Source: a virus. Taken from it: a DNA stretch of 64,000 bases. Positions 21,277-30,892 of this stretch are shown here, piece after piece. The stretch lies in IMG/VR virus record IMGVR_UViG_3300007351_000004. One strand, given 5' to 3'. The position numbers and the translations under genes are program-made. Each line of letters begins with the position of its first letter. Positions within the stretch are counted from its first letter, which is position 1. The notes under the pieces are model-generated. The model worked only from the letters and a program-made list of their open reading frames with translations, was not told where the DNA came from and ran no database searches.

Positions 21277-21570
21277 ATGAATAAAAAATCTTGGCTAGTC
21301 TATTGCGTTACACAAGGCTTGACCGGCTGCTACATGCCCGATAACGTCGAATACATCACCAATAAAAAAGAGGCATTGAGTTATGCCGCAAGTTTGGCGC
21401 GTGATTGCCGCGATGACGGGTATAAGGTATCGGGCAATGCCTGGGATGGATATTACTACGCATGGCCCGATCAATTTGACGATACTGCTTATAACATCAG
21501 TATCGGTGTTATGGTGTTCTCAACCAAAGCAGAGCGTGATCAATTCATATCGCAAAATTCAGACTTCTAG
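21277..21570 (+). CDS. Early-region hypothetical protein
   Basis: TAGGAGCATAGAATCATG leader. Confidence 0.7.
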   Translation: MNKKSWLVYCVTQGLTGCYMPDNVEYITNKKEALSYAASLARDCRDDGYKVSGNAWDGYYYAWPDQFDDTAYNISIGVMVFSTKAERDQFISQNSDF

Positions 21571-21590
21571 ACCATAGGAGGATCCACCCA

Positions 21591-22094
21591 ATGAAAAACA
21601 AACTAACGCGCCAATACACAATCAAAGCGAAACGCTCGCACGATACGGTATTAGTGATCACAGACAATCAAGATAGGGCATTTGAGATTAGGCGCACGCT
21701 TGGCGGCACAATCTATGACAACAAAAAGCCTAGACTCAACAAATATCATACTTACACTGTCGTCGATTATGACGCCCTGTCATCGCCACAGACTCACTTG
21801 TATAACGTCTACGATCAATTGCGAGACATGTTGCCAATAGGATCTAAAATCTACGCCAAAAACATGGGACACTATTCGCGATACGATCAAAACTTCGTGC
21901 ATACTCTACTTTGCGCCTACGTTGTACGCGATGGCGAATTGATCAATATCACTTCAATCACAGCGAAGATTGTAGGCGAAAAACGCGGATTGATCGACAT
22001 GCAAACGTCTCAAGGTCCAGTACGACAATTAGCGGCGGAATTAGGCTGGGATCTATGGGGAAATTATAAATCTCTCACGTCTGAAGAAATATAG
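21591..22094 (+). CDS. Early-region hypothetical protein
   Basis: TAGGAGG RBS, 167 aa. Confidence 0.7.
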   Translation: MKNKLTRQYTIKAKRSHDTVLVITDNQDRAFEIRRTLGGTIYDNKKPRLNKYHTYTVVDYDALSSPQTHLYNVYDQLRDMLPIGSKIYAKNMGHYSRYDQNFVHTLLCAYVVRDGELINITSITAKIVGEKRGLIDMQTSQGPVRQLAAELGWDLWGNYKSLTSEEI

Positions 22095-22175
22095 ACTTTA
22101 GTTACTTATTGATACTTAAATTTATTTTTATTTAAAGCCTGATATTTGTCAGGATAGACTATAGGAGCAAAAATC

Positions 22176-22709
22176 ATGATTACAGATAATACGTTCGATC
22201 TAATGGAAGCTCATTACCTGCTAGAGTCTGATTTTAACGTTAGTGGCATCCTACAAGAGCGTCCTAGCAATCTAAGACGCAAAATGTCTACTAGTTTCCA
22301 ATTGTCGCGTATGGGCTTTCATCCTAAGCCTAATCTGTCATACGAGACGCTTTCAGATGATGGCAAACAGATCTACATGAGTCTAGTCTTTCGTTATGGT
22401 CTAGAATCCGAGCTAATCCGCACAGTAAAGGATCTGGATTATTTTATTCCTGATGCAATATTAGTTGATAGAGATTATGACGTTTTAGCTACTCTATGCT
22501 CTATTGGATACCTTGACTCAAGTCTAGAAGAGGATCCAAACTGGATTGACTCAGAAGATTGGTTAAATTGTGACTACGCTCTCTTGTTTGTTTTACTAGA
22601 TGAATCTGGAACAGATTATAGCCATATTTGGGGATTAGCTTGGGGAACTATTCCACACATGGATCGTCCAGTAGATCTAATCTGGAAAAACCATAAGCTG
22701 CTCGTTTGA
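22176..22709 (+). CDS. Early-region hypothetical protein
   Basis: TAGGAGCAAAAATCATG leader, 177 aa. Confidence 0.7.
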   Translation: MITDNTFDLMEAHYLLESDFNVSGILQERPSNLRRKMSTSFQLSRMGFHPKPNLSYETLSDDGKQIYMSLVFRYGLESELIRTVKDLDYFIPDAILVDRDYDVLATLCSIGYLDSSLEEDPNWIDSEDWLNCDYALLFVLLDESGTDYSHIWGLAWGTIPHMDRPVDLIWKNHKLLV

Positions 22710-22751
22710 TGCCGGGGATCTTCGGATCCCCTATCGATAGGAATAAAAATC

Positions 22752-22946
22752 ATGAATATGTATAATGGTTGGCGCGTATACGTGTTCGCTGGTGGCGCTA
22801 TCGTTACCCCATACCGACAGGGTAAGCGCAGCAAACCGATCAAAATGACTAACGCTATCTTTTCCAGGTTCTGGACATACGCTAACGGCCGCAGTACGCG
22901 ATACTATAATCCATCAGATGACAGGCTCTATTTTATTAAGCCATAG
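22752..22946 (+). CDS. Early-region hypothetical protein
   Basis: TAGGAATAAAAATCATG leader. Confidence 0.6.
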   Translation: MNMYNGWRVYVFAGGAIVTPYRQGKRSKPIKMTNAIFSRFWTYANGRSTRYYNPSDDRLYFIKP

Positions 22947-23363
22947 GAGTACAAACCGTGAAAAAGTTCATTGTATGCTTGATTCTCGTTATTCTTACTG
23001 TAGCATCGTTTAGAATGCTATGGGCACTACAAGACGATTCTATGCACCTTTAGACTTATCAGGTATTACCTATCATGATATACTTATCGTCGTTTTTAGC
23101 CCTATTTTTGGACGTTTGGAGCGATCTATGCTTTACATCCTGTTAATTGCTATCATCATCGGTCTATGGTTGAGATTACACCAGGCACTAAAAACTATCG
23201 ATACGCTGCAGCACAAGTATAACGCTCTATACGATGATGGCTTATACTGGTACACTCAAGCATTAGATCTCGCAGATTACATTGAGGAAATTGCCGGGAT
23301 CTATGTTCTAGAGGATAAGCGCGCATAATTACGCATTTGCTTTGTACAAAGTTTCGTCTTAAG

Positions 23364-23384
23364 CCCGGCCTATACCGGGTTTTT
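23364..23384 (+). terminator. Intrinsic terminator closing the early cassette
   Basis: CCCGG-CCTATA-CCGGG-TTTTT. Confidence 0.75.
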
Positions 23385-23400
23385 GGTTGCCCTAAGTTTA

Positions 23401-23459
23401 GAACATAGGTTCGTAGAACGAGCGTTCTGTAGAACAGGTGGTCTATAGAACAAATATTC
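23401..23459. promoter_or_regulatory. Four tandem LexA-type operators
   Basis: GAACATAGGTTC 23401, GAACGAGCGTTC 23416, GAACAGGTGGTC 23432, GAACAAATATTC 23448; each preceded by TA, spacing 15-16 bp. Confidence 0.7.
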
Positions 23460-23507
23460 GGTTTTGGGCCGCCTAAAAATTTGGATAGATCCCCATAATC
23501 CGGCCCT

Positions 23508-23748
23508 TAGACTCTGGAAAAAATCCGCACCTACTATATATAAAGATCGTTTGCAAATTGACGTGGGTCGTTTTAGACACCCCTAAATTTAGACTTAGAC
23601 TCGAAAAACCGGCGTATAGGTATATTATACATATCTACAAATTGGCGTGCCTCATTTATAGTTTAGGCATATAAACTATAAATCTAGACTCGCACCAAAA
23701 TCCGCGCTTATATATAACTAATTTATACAAATTGACGTGCGTCGTTTT
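23508..23748 (+). repeat. Three degenerate ~85-90 bp tandem units
   Basis: Each TAGACTC...AAAA(T)CCG...TATA...CAAATTG(A/G)CGTG; cores at 23554, 23638, 23728. Confidence 0.8.
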
Positions 23749-24145
23749 CAACTTATCCGAATATAACTTTAAAGTTAGGTATAACTAACAGGTTAAATAA
23801 CTACTTTTCCATCTTTTAAATATAAAAGTCTGACTAATAATCGGGTTTCTCTTATAAGTTAAATTACAGTCGTTTCTTTTAGGCTATTTAACATGCTTTA
23901 ACATTTGTTTCTCTCAATAACTATATGTACCGTCAAAACATCGTGTCTTATAATTATGCTTACCGTTTATGCAGCCCTACAGGGTGCCTGTTTTATAGTG
24001 CCGCGCTAGTTTATATGTCTTTTTCCTATCGTCGTTTCTAGGTGCCATTTTGCGCGTCTGAAGGACATTCGCGTTTAGCGTTATAGCGGCCAGGAGGGTT
24101 ATTTAGAAGATATCTACTAAAACTATGCGAGTTAAACTTTCCTAC

Positions 24146-24173
24146 TTGACACGCAACGAAAATGCTATATAAT
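24146..24173 (+). promoter_or_regulatory. Sigma70-type promoter
   Basis: TTGACA-16 bp-TATAAT. Confidence 0.7.
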
Positions 24174-24216
24174 TATAGATAGACATTAGTCAGCAGAGGA
24201 TAAGGAGCAAAGCACG

Positions 24217-24822
24217 ATGGATTTTTACGGGGTTATCAATTTCACACATAGATGGCCCGACAAATGGATTATGAGATCTTCCGATCCTATAGAAGAGACT
24301 CAGAAATTTATGCTGTGGGCAAATGCGTATGAGATCAACATCAAAGACTTTGAGATCATTACTTACGATGTACCTTGTCTGTCAAAAATTGCAGCAGAAT
24401 ATGAAGAGCATCAGATAAACGAGTTTTACAGGCGAATTGCTTATGATACGAGTTTTTGGGAATACCGCAACCCTGTCGATACAGAATGGTATAGTGTTGT
24501 TTGGCTAGAACTAATGCGCTCAAGTAACTGTACTTGTTTCACGGATCCCGTCCGTATGGAATCAGTCTGCATTAACTATATGCTAAACCACATTGATAAT
24601 TTCAAAAACGAAACCTATCAATCTATATATGAGAAATATTCAGTTAAAGAAATGTGCGAGATTATCAACGGCACAGACTGGACGGAAAAATACCAGAAAG
24701 CCCTACACATTAGTTTGTATGTTTATCTCCAACAGCGTTTCTATCACCTACGTAAAATGGGATTAGGGGAATTACCGCTTACCGATGATATTAGTTGGAC
24801 AATTGAACACTCTATCTTATAA
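24217..24822 (+). CDS. Hypothetical protein
   Basis: 201-aa ORF with AAGGAG RBS downstream of promoter. Confidence 0.7.
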   Translation: MDFYGVINFTHRWPDKWIMRSSDPIEETQKFMLWANAYEINIKDFEIITYDVPCLSKIAAEYEEHQINEFYRRIAYDTSFWEYRNPVDTEWYSVVWLELMRSSNCTCFTDPVRMESVCINYMLNHIDNFKNETYQSIYEKYSVKEMCEIINGTDWTEKYQKALHISLYVYLQQRFYHLRKMGLGELPLTDDISWTIEHSIL

Positions 24823-25029
24823 AGGACTAAGGACAATGAAAATCTTTCGTGAATCAGAGATCAAACACGGATCTAAATTGTGGATTGTCGATCTGTCTTC
24901 ACCTGGTATGGTCAATCCTGATTGCTATTGGCGCTTTGGAAAACGCAAAGACGCGATCAAATTCGCTCAACTTATTGAGAGCGGTAAATCACCACGAGAA
25001 GCACAGTATATCGTAGCAGGAGTCTAATC

Positions 25030-25446
25030 ATGTTTACACCAGACGTTTTTAAATTCGCAGAAAGACGACAGTCCTACAACGATCTAATGGCCCAAAATCC
25101 GCAAGTAATATCTAAGTGGAGAGAGGGAGAGGCAAATATTACTATATGGTACACCGGATCTGCTTGGCAAACCGATGACTGGTATCATCCGAGTCAAAGA
25201 GTAGCAATTGAGGTTAGACTCAAACCAGACTGGAATAAAATTGCTACATTTGAATTTAACGATGGATACGTGCTTAATGTGTACCACTCTATTTTTGATA
25301 CCTACTACTCAGATCGGATGCACTCTTTTACGCCGTCAATGCTCAAATACATCATCAAAGAGCACGGCGCTATTGTATCAAAAACAGTGCGCAAAGGCTG
25401 GCGTAAAAATTCAGCTATGTACCGCAAATTAACTCTAAGGGATTAA
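25030..25446 (+). CDS. Hypothetical protein
   Basis: AGGAG RBS, 138 aa. Confidence 0.65.
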   Translation: MFTPDVFKFAERRQSYNDLMAQNPQVISKWREGEANITIWYTGSAWQTDDWYHPSQRVAIEVRLKPDWNKIATFEFNDGYVLNVYHSIFDTYYSDRMHSFTPSMLKYIIKEHGAIVSKTVRKGWRKNSAMYRKLTLRD

Positions 25447-25453
25447 ACACAAG

Positions 25454-25756
25454 ATGAAAACTAAAACGATCTTTCGCAAATTCAAAGATGGAGAAGTTAT
25501 CGCGCTCTTTCCTGAAATTCCCTCAGACTTGGAGGGTAAATATTGTGACTCCTATATGCACATAGGACAGCATGGATCAGCAAACTATCAGGGATTGCTC
25601 AAGGATACCGTATTAGCCACGCCAGAAGAGTACGCCGAACTTAAGCGCGAACTTGAAACACATTACGATTATGAGATCGAAGTATACCGGCGTCGGACTC
25701 CGCAGATGCGCGACACATTCAGGAAACAAGTTGAAGACTGGCGTAAATTAGCTTAG
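25454..25756 (+). CDS. Conserved phage hypothetical protein
   Basis: FRKFKDGEVIALFP...SYMHIGQHG pattern. Confidence 0.7.
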   Translation: MKTKTIFRKFKDGEVIALFPEIPSDLEGKYCDSYMHIGQHGSANYQGLLKDTVLATPEEYAELKRELETHYDYEIEVYRRRTPQMRDTFRKQVEDWRKLA

Positions 25757-25764
25757 ACTCAGAC

Positions 25765-25818
25765 TTGACTTCCCGACCGACCTATAGTATAATTACAGAA
25801 ATTGACGTGAGTCGAATT
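25765..25818 (+). promoter_or_regulatory. Sigma70 promoter plus downstream AATTGACGTG motif
   Basis: TTGACT-17-TATAAT (25765-25793) then GAAATTGACGTGAGTCG. Confidence 0.75.
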
Positions 25819-25834
25819 CAGGAGATAAAGCAAA

Positions 25835-26251
25835 ATGAGTGCCTACGTAGTAAAAGACGAAACAATCAACAAGATCGTATCTTTCCTTAACTTCGGTAAC
25901 AAGTCTGTTTACTGGGATCATACCTATCTTTTTCGTGAGTTGGGGTACAATATCCCGTATGTTGTTGAAGACTACGAACGGCTGGCTAATGATCTGTTTC
26001 AGATGAACGTTAGCGCGGTCAAACAGCGTTACTCTCACGACACAGAAGAGTATACCTATCAATTCCACACGTCAATCAACGTGCGTCCCGCTGTTGAAAT
26101 TTATAAAGCCGCTCAGTGTTTGCGCTATCAGTGCTCAGAAGGTAATGTACCTGATATGCCTCTGTATAAAGCACTAAATCAATTCTGCTCGGATCTGGCT
26201 GAGGCTATTATTGCAGATATGCCAGAATACGAAAGTGCACCCTGGGGGTAA
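25835..26251 (+). CDS. Hypothetical protein
   Basis: AGGAG RBS; YKAAQCLRYQCSE. Confidence 0.7.
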   Translation: MSAYVVKDETINKIVSFLNFGNKSVYWDHTYLFRELGYNIPYVVEDYERLANDLFQMNVSAVKQRYSHDTEEYTYQFHTSINVRPAVEIYKAAQCLRYQCSEGNVPDMPLYKALNQFCSDLAEAIIADMPEYESAPWG

Positions 26252-26716
26252 TATGAACAACCAACACGAGAAATTTATGGACTACGCTGTTCGAGAAAAC
26301 CTGAAGCGCTTTGTTACGGCATTTCCTGAATTTAAGCATCTGCCAGAAGAGCAAGCAGCCTGGTGTATGGCGATTGACTCGCTAATGGACGAACTAGCAG
26401 ATTTACGCCAGAAAGTAGCAAGAGAGAAAAGCAAACAGGAGATCTAAATATGTCCACACTCACGAATAGCCATAAAGTTCTGCTTGGCATCGCAACAGAA
26501 GATGAAAAGAATGCCCATGAGACAGAGGAACGCCAAGCGGCTATTGAAAGCGCCGCAAACGCTATTGAAATGGCACTAGACTATCTGAGCAAAGATCCCG
26601 ATAGTCTGGAAGACGTTGAAAAATCCATCCGCGCCGCTGTAGGTAAAATCCGACGAAACATATGCTAGACTAATTTATACTTATATTTATTTTCGTCCTT
26701 TGTGGAAAGGTCTATT

Positions 26717-27319
26717 ATGTCATGGCAGAACGTATATGCACAACTAGGAATCACGCCTGAAGATGAGAGACTATATAAACTGATGCTCATTCACGAAAGA
26801 GAGGTAAAGGTGTGCACGTTGGCCGAAGCTTCGGATCTTGTGGAATTTGAACAGTCAAACCCCCGGCACTGTTACGCGATGAAAACTATTGTTGATTGGG
26901 CTGAAGCCGGATACATCCCCACCCCCGGCGATCTTCTGAACTTACACGCCGAATTATTCCCGTACGGGGGATATTATAGAACATGCGACGTGTATATCAA
27001 GGGATCGTCGTTCGTGCCGCCGCGTTACAATCATATTCCCCTGTTAATGAGAAATTGGTATCATGATATGCTATGGTGGCTGTCCTCCAGGGAGGATCCC
27101 TATACAATTCTGGCAGAGATTCATTTGAAATTGACTCAGATCCACCCGTATTCAGACGGGAACGGACGGATCGCCCGTATGGTGCTCAACCATAACGCGA
27201 CTTATTTAAACCTACCCTTTATCCTGATCTCGCAGCGCAACCGAAACACGTACTTAGATTGTCTTGAAAATGAGGACGTTCCTGCGCTCGCCCGGCTGTT
27301 CAAGAATCTTTCGTTCTAG
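26717..27319 (+). CDS. fic: Fic-domain protein (AMP-transferase motif intact)
   Basis: HPYSDGNGRIAR = HPFxDGNGRxxR; upstream GYYRT..V.I.GS.FVPP. Confidence 0.9.
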   Translation: MSWQNVYAQLGITPEDERLYKLMLIHEREVKVCTLAEASDLVEFEQSNPRHCYAMKTIVDWAEAGYIPTPGDLLNLHAELFPYGGYYRTCDVYIKGSSFVPPRYNHIPLLMRNWYHDMLWWLSSREDPYTILAEIHLKLTQIHPYSDGNGRIARMVLNHNATYLNLPFILISQRNRNTYLDCLENEDVPALARLFKNLSF

Positions 27320-27321
27320 AC

Positions 27322-27381
27322 TTGACAAACCGCCCGCTTATAGTATAATTAGATTATCTACAAATTGACGTGCATCGTTTT
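27322..27381 (+). promoter_or_regulatory. Sigma70 promoter plus downstream CAAATTGACGTG motif
   Basis: TTGACA-16-TATAAT (27322-27349) then CAAATTGACGTGCATCGTTTT. Confidence 0.75.
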
Positions 27382-27703
27382 AGGCTATAGGAGAAACTTT
27401 AACAATGGGTCGCTATTTCAATCCAACAAACGAAGTTGCCAGCAAAGGACGTGAGATTTATGGAAACTCCTACGATGAACTGGTGAATCAACTTCAAGAA
27501 GGAGAATATCTGATCGGGCTGTATGATCGGGGTATTTTCAAAAACGCGCCTCACCTTTACAGCGAACGAGAATATAACGAGTTTGAAGATCAGGCCAACG
27601 CGGGAATTATTCTGCGTGAGGGGTACTACGCAGTATCAGAAGAAATTTACCGCTTGCACGTTCGATAAAGATAGGGGGCTAACTGCCCCCTGAAAGGTAT
27701 ACA

Positions 27704-28117
27704 ATGAAACTCACAGCAGAATTGATGAACGAGATTGATCAGTGTATCCACAAGATTGATCGCCTGAAAGCAGATATCGCCCAATACGAACGGGATATCA
27801 ATGAGCACAATGAACGAAAGCCACAACCACCTAAAGTTGTGCTCGACTATGAAGAGTACAATCAATATCTGGATGATCTGCATTGGTGGCAGACTACACT
27901 AAAGAATTACCAGAGTCTTCTAGATCAAGCGCGAGAGAATTATAACACCACCAGAAAAGATATTATGGCAGTGTTGCCCCGCATGATCTGGTTCCGCACT
28001 CAGGATGGTACGTTGGCTTATGGGATATCTTACGATAACTGGGGCGGCGGGGAGTCTATACTGCATATCGTAGACTGGTCGGATAACCTGTATAACTTGG
28101 ATCGGAGAGGATCATGA
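27704..28117 (+). CDS. Hypothetical coiled-coil protein
   Basis: 137-aa ORF, heptad-like N-terminus. Confidence 0.65.
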   Translation: MKLTAELMNEIDQCIHKIDRLKADIAQYERDINEHNERKPQPPKVVLDYEEYNQYLDDLHWWQTTLKNYQSLLDQARENYNTTRKDIMAVLPRMIWFRTQDGTLAYGISYDNWGGGESILHIVDWSDNLYNLDRRGS

Positions 28118-28419
28118 AATACACCATTTATTCTGAGTGCTGGTATAAGCCCTATCTGAACCACGATTTTGTGGAAGAGATCGCTTTTGAGGATCCCGAA
28201 GGAGAAGGCGCAGAGTTTGCTATACGCTGGTACGATATCGGAGACACTAAAGGGCCACACGCCAAGCTAGAGGTTTTTGATGATGCCTGGATCACACTGC
28301 GTCGACATCCCGAACTTCTTGATCTACTCGCTCGTCTGGATAACCCTACGCCAGAAGAACTGATCAACCACCTGAAATTGTTTTTGGGTTATGAAGACGA
28401 TACACCGAGGGAAAAATAG
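28114..28419 (+). CDS. Hypothetical protein
   Basis: GAGG RBS, ATGA overlap. Confidence 0.65.
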   Translation: MKYTIYSECWYKPYLNHDFVEEIAFEDPEGEGAEFAIRWYDIGDTKGPHAKLEVFDDAWITLRRHPELLDLLARLDNPTPEELINHLKLFLGYEDDTPREK

Positions 28420-28701
28420 TGCCTACACTTATCATCGGAAGAGAGAAAGTCAAAGTCACAGATCGACAGGTGAAAGATATTCTGCAAGCCCTGAAAGAAG
28501 GTAGAGAGATTGAAGCTACCCTACCTGATGGACGTAAAATCCGCAGCAAGGGCAAGCAGGTGCAGTTAATCAAATGAAACGCCTGTTGAATGTGAGCGTC
28601 GTGTACGGGGGATTGGGGGGATTAACCCTTCTGCAGTACCGTCCTGCTGAGGGGGTAATTCTCATGATCTTAACCTTTGTCCTGTTTTATATCCGAATCA
28701 A

Positions 28702-29130
28702 ATGGGAGATAGCAACGTGAAATGGACTAAAAAGCACATGATGTTAGGTGAGATGTACGGAATGATTCCTGTAATACAAGACATGCATATATCTATTTCT
28801 CGTGAATACTTCAAACCACATTACACTAATCCGCTGTTTGACTCATCTCAAACTATTTTTCTGAGAGAAGGGTACGAATTAGAAGGAAACTCGATAGACC
28901 TTCTAGTAGTCAAGGGCGCTCACTACGTTTATTCTGATCGTCTACCCTACGATATAGACGGTATCTGGAATAAAATCAAAGAGACTGGGTTAGAGGTATT
29001 CACGGCGGCTTTTCAAGAGTTATATCTCAGGGAAATTTTAGGTTCTCCCGATCTCACCTTAGTACACATTCTATCGGGGGTGAATTTAGGTAACGGCTAT
29101 CCCTATCAAGTCTATGGATTTTTTGAATAA
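28702..29130 (+). CDS. Hypothetical protein
   Basis: 142-aa ORF. Confidence 0.6.
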   Translation: MGDSNVKWTKKHMMLGEMYGMIPVIQDMHISISREYFKPHYTNPLFDSSQTIFLREGYELEGNSIDLLVVKGAHYVYSDRLPYDIDGIWNKIKETGLEVFTAAFQELYLREILGSPDLTLVHILSGVNLGNGYPYQVYGFFE

Positions 29131-29410
29131 CTTTACATAAAGGAAACCGCATGAATGAAGACATTAAATACGCTCTGAAACTGGCGCTGGCAACCTTTGA
29201 ATTACTACTCAGACTTAATCCCGATATGGAAGGACTTGACGCCGTTAACGTCGCTCGTTACGCTGTAGCCCAAACACTCTACGAACACGGGGTTATCACT
29301 TTAGAAGACACTGATCAGGATATCATCGACTGGGCTTTAGCCGAACTCACCCGCATTACAGAAGAAGGCAGCGACTCTAGTCCTGATTTAAATCTGGAAC
29401 CTGGACTCGC

Positions 29411-30211
29411 TTACTCTCGATTAGCCAGATAGCGACCGAGCGCCCGCTTAGCTCCCGATTCGGAGTAGGGTTTGCCGGTCGCTGTTGTTTTGTGCTTCTC
29501 GCCGGTATAGGGATCTTCCCAAACCCAACCGCCGCCTTCCTGGTAAACATAAGACTCCATGTCCTTAGACTCAGGTGAATCCCCGCCTGCTATATAGTAT
29601 TGACCTTCAGGAATCGACGTGGGTCGATTCAGCAACAGATCGGCGTACTGCGAATAATATTCATCCTTCAATTCGCGGTCGGACAAATCAAGCAGAGCAG
29701 ATCGAGCGACTTTATTCTTTAACTTCCGCTCGTATTCGAGCATCCCAATATAATCTTTTTGCGCTCGGCGGTGTCTCGCTCGATTGAATCGATCTTCCCA
29801 GGTTTCGTCACGCCACTTCTGCCACTCAGAGATATATTTAAGAGTAGCGTTCAAGGCAAGGATCCCCAAACCAATACGGGGTGCAAAGGCTATGATTCCT
29901 TCGTCCGCAAAACCGATGGCTACAATGAAAATGTACAGCACCCAGAGCGAGACAACCTGCCCCCAACGTGCAGAGAAAGCCTCGCCTTCGCTACGCTCGG
30001 CTTCTAAGAAAGTAACCAGCATAACGTACAGCAGATCGACCAGCACAAAGGCGACAAACACACCTAAGAAGATCGCCGTGCCGCGTGGTATGAAGAAAAT
30101 AGGCTCGGTAATAGATTGCTCAAATGCCGCGTGGAAGACATTGTAGGTGGCAATTGACGTGAGAATCACACCGGCAATTTTAGTGGTAATCCACCAGGTT
30201 TGTTTATTCAT
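29411..30211 (-). CDS. Multi-pass membrane protein (about 4 TM) with soluble C-terminus
   Basis: Four hydrophobic stretches in first ~130 aa; opposite strand to neighbours. Confidence 0.75.
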   Translation of the reverse strand: MNKQTWWITTKIAGVILTSIATYNVFHAAFEQSITEPIFFIPRGTAIFLGVFVAFVLVDLLYVMLVTFLEAERSEGEAFSARWGQVVSLWVLYIFIVAIGFADEGIIAFAPRIGLGILALNATLKYISEWQKWRDETWEDRFNRARHRRAQKDYIGMLEYERKLKNKVARSALLDLSDRELKDEYYSQYADLLLNRPTSIPEGQYYIAGGDSPESKDMESYVYQEGGGWVWEDPYTGEKHKTTATGKPYSESGAKRALGRYLANRE

Positions 30212-30443
30212 GTGTCAATTCGTCAATTTTCACGAGAATATCCTGAGCGCCACTGAAATTCTTGTTTTGTAGGATAAGGATCAGGTCATTGTATAAACCA
30301 GTAAGTTCAATAGATTTGTTTCTGACTTTAACGAAGGTTTCTATCCAACCTGATAACATATCTTCTGCAACTTCTGGATTCAACTCACAAGTCATCCGTA
30401 AAAGTTCCAGATAAGCCATGATCTGAATTGTATCTGCTCTCAT
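30204..30443 (-). CDS. Hypothetical protein
   Basis: Overlap-coupled to flanking minus-strand ORFs. Confidence 0.6.
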   Translation of the reverse strand: MRADTIQIMAYLELLRMTCELNPEVAEDMLSGWIETFVKVRNKSIELTGLYNDLILILQNKNFSGAQDILVKIDELTHE

Positions 30444-30601
30444 TCTAATTTATCCTTAATCACTATCTCTAAAATGTCAAATATTAGATTCGTATTCTTG
30501 AGCATGTAACGATAGTATATCACAAAACAAATGCTGGTAAAGAGTAAAACCAGCAAGATCAGGAAATTTAGAATAGTTATTAAAGTTAAAAGGGTAATCA
30601 T
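30440..30601 (-). CDS. Small single-TM protein
   Basis: Below ORF-track cutoff; my translation MITLLTLITILNFLILLVLLFTSICFVIYYRY..., TGA overlaps next ATG. Confidence 0.55.
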   Translation of the reverse strand: MITLLTLITILNFLILLVLLFTSICFVIYYRYMLKNTNLIFDILEIVIKDKLE

Positions 30602-30712
30602 ATTGGGTTAGATTGTTGGGTCAGGGACCGAAGGTCCCGTCTATTAGATAAACGCTAATGCGTTTATTTCCCCCGTCCCACCTCCCAAGTGTACAGGGTA
30701 TGTCAATACTCT

Positions 30713-30741
30713 ACTATACATCCATAAGAGAAGTTTGTCAA
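30713..30741 (-). promoter_or_regulatory. Leftward sigma70 promoter
   Basis: TTGACA-17-TATAGT. Confidence 0.7.
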
Positions 30742-30799
30742 TACCTTTTTGAAATCTTGACACTTTCTTGATATGTTTTAACCTTTTCTTGATATTTTC

Positions 30800-30864
30800 T
30801 TGACGTCCTCTAATGTGATTCTTATACTTTATGCGCTTGACATTCCTTAAAAAGCCTGTATACT
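30800..30864 (+). promoter_or_regulatory. Two tandem rightward sigma70 promoters
   Basis: TTGACG-17-TATACT (30800-30828); TTGACA-16-TATACT (30837-30864). Confidence 0.7.
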
Positions 30865-30892
30865 GTAATTATCAATTTGCGAGGGACCATAG

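Noticed and set aside
23508-23748. CRISPR array
   Set aside because: Units are degenerate along their length, have no repeat/unique-spacer alternation, and no cas genes are present
28575-28660. Hammerhead ribozyme (GAAAC...GTC...CTGCTGA)
   Set aside because: Stem III forms, but the core is CTGCTGA rather than CTGANGA and stem I cannot be placed; only an ordinary hairpin is supported
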